From the NCBI GenBank assembly GCA_964106915.2, contig OZ066918.1: a stretch of 64,000 bases of DNA; one strand, written 5' to 3'. The notes beneath the pieces were generated by a model. The model saw only the letters and a program-made list of their open reading frames with translations, was not told where the DNA came from and did not search any database. The DNA comes from Podarcis gaigeae (lineage: Eukaryota). A program made the translations under genes and the position numbers. The stretch's first letter is position 1; every line of letters begins with the position of its first letter. This document shows positions 60,457 to 64,000 of this stretch, one piece after another.

Positions 60457-62940
60457 TATATTGCTTCAATCTTTTTAACATCAATGAGGACTACATAACC
60501 TTAAAGGGGTGTGTGGACTGTATGGCCCACCAGATGCTATTGGACTTCAGCTCCCATTAGCCCTAGCCAGCATAGTCAATGCTCATGCCATGGGCCAGGA
60601 GTCAGCTTCGCCTGTTGAACAGCTGCCTGAAGGTGGACTGACTCCACCTGCAGCTGATCAGCCTTCAAGGACACAGAGGAGAAGGCACTGATGAGAACCA
60701 GTTGGCTTTAGCCTTCCTAAGCAGAGCTTCCAGCAGCAGTCAGATGCTGTTAACATTTGTAGTTCCTGGCCCTGCCTTGCTGCTTCCTGCTTGTCTTGAC
60801 CATTGACTTCATGATTATCAGATTACCTGACCTTGGACCATCTGACCATGCAGCTTGATGTTTGGTGGACCCTAGGACTGGACCTGACTTTGGATGCTGA
60901 CTCTACCTCCAGGCAAGTATAATTCAGAGACTCTTCTGGTTGGCTGACCTCCCACTCTCCTGAACTCTGCATGTTGCTGCTCAGCAATGAGACTATGGCA
61001 GCTTAGCGATGATGGGAGTTGTTGTCCATTAACATCTGGAGAGCCACAGGCTTTCCACTTTAGTCTAAAGTCTCCTTGAGTTATCTCTAGATATCGGCGT
61101 ATGAAGCAACTGAAGAAAAATGGTGCACAGTATATCCATCACCAATGAGGGCAGTGACTCTCCTTGGAACTACTTAGTCCCTAGTTACAAAACCAACTCA
61201 GTTGATCTCTGGCACAAACTGCTAGACCCTGGAAAATTTTCAGGATGTACAGGGATATTCATATATGGTATATTATTCACGTTAAAATAGTTCATGAAGA
61301 ACGAGATCTTCATTTCCAAGACTGACCCCACCACAACAGCCTTAGAGAATGAGTTAGAAGAAAACTTAATATTTGTAAGGCACAGCAATTCACTAAATAC
61401 AAGAAGTGTATCCTTCCAAACACAATGGAACAACCTTTCTACCCACTCAAAAATGCAATAAACACTGAGAAAGGAGTCTGGAATTTCCAACTTTGCCAGC
61501 TGAAGTTATTGTCAAGGGTACAAAATGTCCTGAAACAAGTCTTGAAATTCCTGACACAGCTACCATAAATCATCAGAGTTTCATTAAAGCAAATTATTCT
61601 CTTGTGAGTTTGTGCAAATGAGGATGGCATCGGTGGATTTACTGGAAGGGAAAATTAGCAGTGACGAGAAGAAGTCCTTGGCTGGCTGCGCTTTGATCCC
61701 ATTGTGAGGTGGATATAACTGGGGGCTGCGTTTGAAAGCAAGAGTGCTGGAGGAAAATGGTCCATGAGTCATTTTCTGTTCTCTACACGTATCAAATGGA
61801 TGAGATATGGGTCCCTTCCAGATCATCTGCTTACTGAGCATTCACCCTGATTCATATGTACAAAGGTTGTGGAGAGGTTAGATGATGTCAGTGGTTGAGC
61901 ATTATGGCCAGGTCAAATGAACTTTCCAGCACATTTCCCCATGACTTTACTTACCACAAAAATATGATTGGGGGAGGGGTGTTACTTGTTGTGCAAATGT
62001 GCCAAGCCAACTTTAAATGTGTGAATGTACTGGTTATGTGATTGAATTTTGCCTGCAAATAGTGACCAGCTGAAAGTACATATGGAAAAAGAGACCCCAA
62101 AATAATATTTTAAGGAGCCATTGTATTGCCTGTTGGCTTTATGGCAGTGGTTCTCAAAGGGTGTGGTGCGCCACACTGGCAGGAAGACTGAAGGACAAAG
62201 AAACATTTAAACATTTCAGTATGGTATGGTATCAATTTCTTTATTTACAGAATATGGATAGGTATCTTTTCAAAGTGATACTAAGGACAAGTCTAGTTGC
62301 GTTTACCAATGTATTTTTTACCTTATCAGCAACAAAATTGGCTTGAGCAAATTTTTATTTTGAAAGTGTGACCCAGAGAATAAAGTCTGAGAACCACTAC
62401 TTTATGGTCTTGGACACAACATCCCACCCTTTCTGTGCCTTGTGCTATTTTAGTTCCGAATAATAATTTAAAAAGCCACACAGAGATTTCATGAGTAGGT
62501 TTGTTTTTTAAACTCTCTGGTTAAAAATGTGTTGACTTTTAATTGCCTGTAAGAAAAGCTGTTTGGAGCAAAACTACACGTTTACGAAAAACATGGGGTT
62601 CCACCCAAAATGGAATCTCCGTGTTACATTTCCCCCCTCCTCCATTGGAGGCAGTGTGCCTCTGAATACTATTTGCTGGGAATCGCAAGCAGGGAGTGTG
62701 CCACTGCACTCAGGTCCTGCTTGGGGACTTTGCATAGGCATCTGGTTGGCCACTGTGAGAACAGAGTGCTGGACTAGATGGGCCATTGGCCTGAACAAGC
62801 TGAGCTCTTCTTGATGTAAGCCTGTGCTCTGATGTCATGAGGTTGTGGTTTTCCTCATTCCACCATAACGGATGGGCAGTGAAAGGATGATGACAGTGTG
62901 AAGACATGTCTCACAATGTGTAATTCTACCCTTATATGAA

Positions 62941-63295
62941 AGGGACACAGGTGGCGCTGTGGGTTAAACCACAGAGCCTAGGATTTGCCGATCAGAAGGT
63001 CAGCGGTTCAAATCCCCGCGACGGGGTGAGCTCCCGTTGCTCGGTCCCAGCTCCTGCCAACCTAGCAGTTTGAAAGCATGTCCAAGTGCAAGTAGATAAA
63101 CAGGTACCGCTCCAGCGGAAAGGTAAACGGCATTTCCGTGCACTGCTCTAGTTGACCAGAAGTGGCTTAGTCATGCTGGCCACATGACCCAGAGGCTGTA
63201 CGCTGGCTCCCTCGGCCAATAAAGCGAGATGAGCTCTGCAACCCCAGAGTCGGCGACGACTGGACCTAATGGTCAGGGGTCCCTTTACCTTTACT
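62941..63295 (+). mobile_element. Sauria SINE, full length
   Basis: 10-bp TSD CTTATATGAA; ACCTTT tail. Confidence 0.93.
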
Positions 63296-64000
63296 CTTAT
63301 ATGAATAAGGCCCTGTTTGCACTTTTCCTGGAGCAGCTACTCCAGATAATAGCCATCTGCTGCCCACAGAGACCAGGGCAGATGGCAGAATTATGAACCA
63401 CACTGACATTGCTCACCCGGACTCTCTTAAGGGTTTCTTTTTCCCAGCTTGGTACATGCATATCTGATCTGTTCTAACTCATGGCTGGCCCGTCCATTAG
63501 GAAGAATGAGGAGATGGCCTTGGGGAGCTGATTTGAGGTGTGATGAAAGGTTTGCAAAATTGTTATTCATTTGATGGTTGTCCTTCTACTGACAGGGAGA
63601 GAGGTGTTTGTGGGCTTTTCTGCCTCAAGCGCCAAAGTACATTGCATGATGTCTTCAGCTGAATATTCTGGTTCCTTCCATCGGAAAGTATTCAACTTAC
63701 ATGAGCTGATGGGAAAGCTCTACCTCTGGGATTTGAAGATGTGGTCACTGGATGATGAATACATGTGCGAACTCATCATTCAGTCACCCACAGCTGTCTC
63801 CTAAACCAAACTTCTCAGGCTGGGCACCCCACTGGCCAGACCATTATCTCCATATACCCCTGCAGGCCAAGTCTGACACGTGGCCAGGGTCAACCACCTT
63901 TCAATCATCTGAGATCACAATGACAACACGTGTCCAGCATTTGTTCACATGGTTTGCACTCAAGCAGAATGGGCAGCTTCCCAGTGTGGTGGTCAGCTGA

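Noticed and set aside
61185-61841. ORF cluster as possible further VEPH1 exons or a LINE remnant
   Set aside because: No recognisable similarity or convincing splice sites; upstream VEPH1 exons appear to be beyond the window.

Overview
Vertebrate genomic DNA, most likely a squamate reptile and probably a lacertid lizard (inferred from Sauria SINEs, Bov-B RTE LINEs and L2). The window holds two minus-strand genes in the conserved vertebrate order. CCNL1 (cyclin L1) coding exons 1-10 span 798-11821, with a CpG-island promoter and a stop-containing alternative exon in intron 5; the last exon lies left of the window. The last two coding exons of VEPH1 (C-terminal PH domain) span 52538-56470. The ~40 kb between them is dense with transposons: Sauria SINEs, tRNA/MIR-like SINEs, Bov-B, L1, L2, hAT and Tc1/mariner-type MITEs, a solo LTR and a Penelope-like element. 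Most ORFs in the supplied track are spurious or TE-derived. The most notable signals are a minimal hammerhead ribozyme at the end of the Penelope-like element (which sits inside a Bov-B copy), the dual-use CCNL1 micro/poison exon, a 35-nt U2 snRNA retrocopy with target-site duplications (TSDs), and several nested insertions whose order can be read from TSDs. I cannot support a wholly new biological system; these are mostly unannotated instances of known classes.
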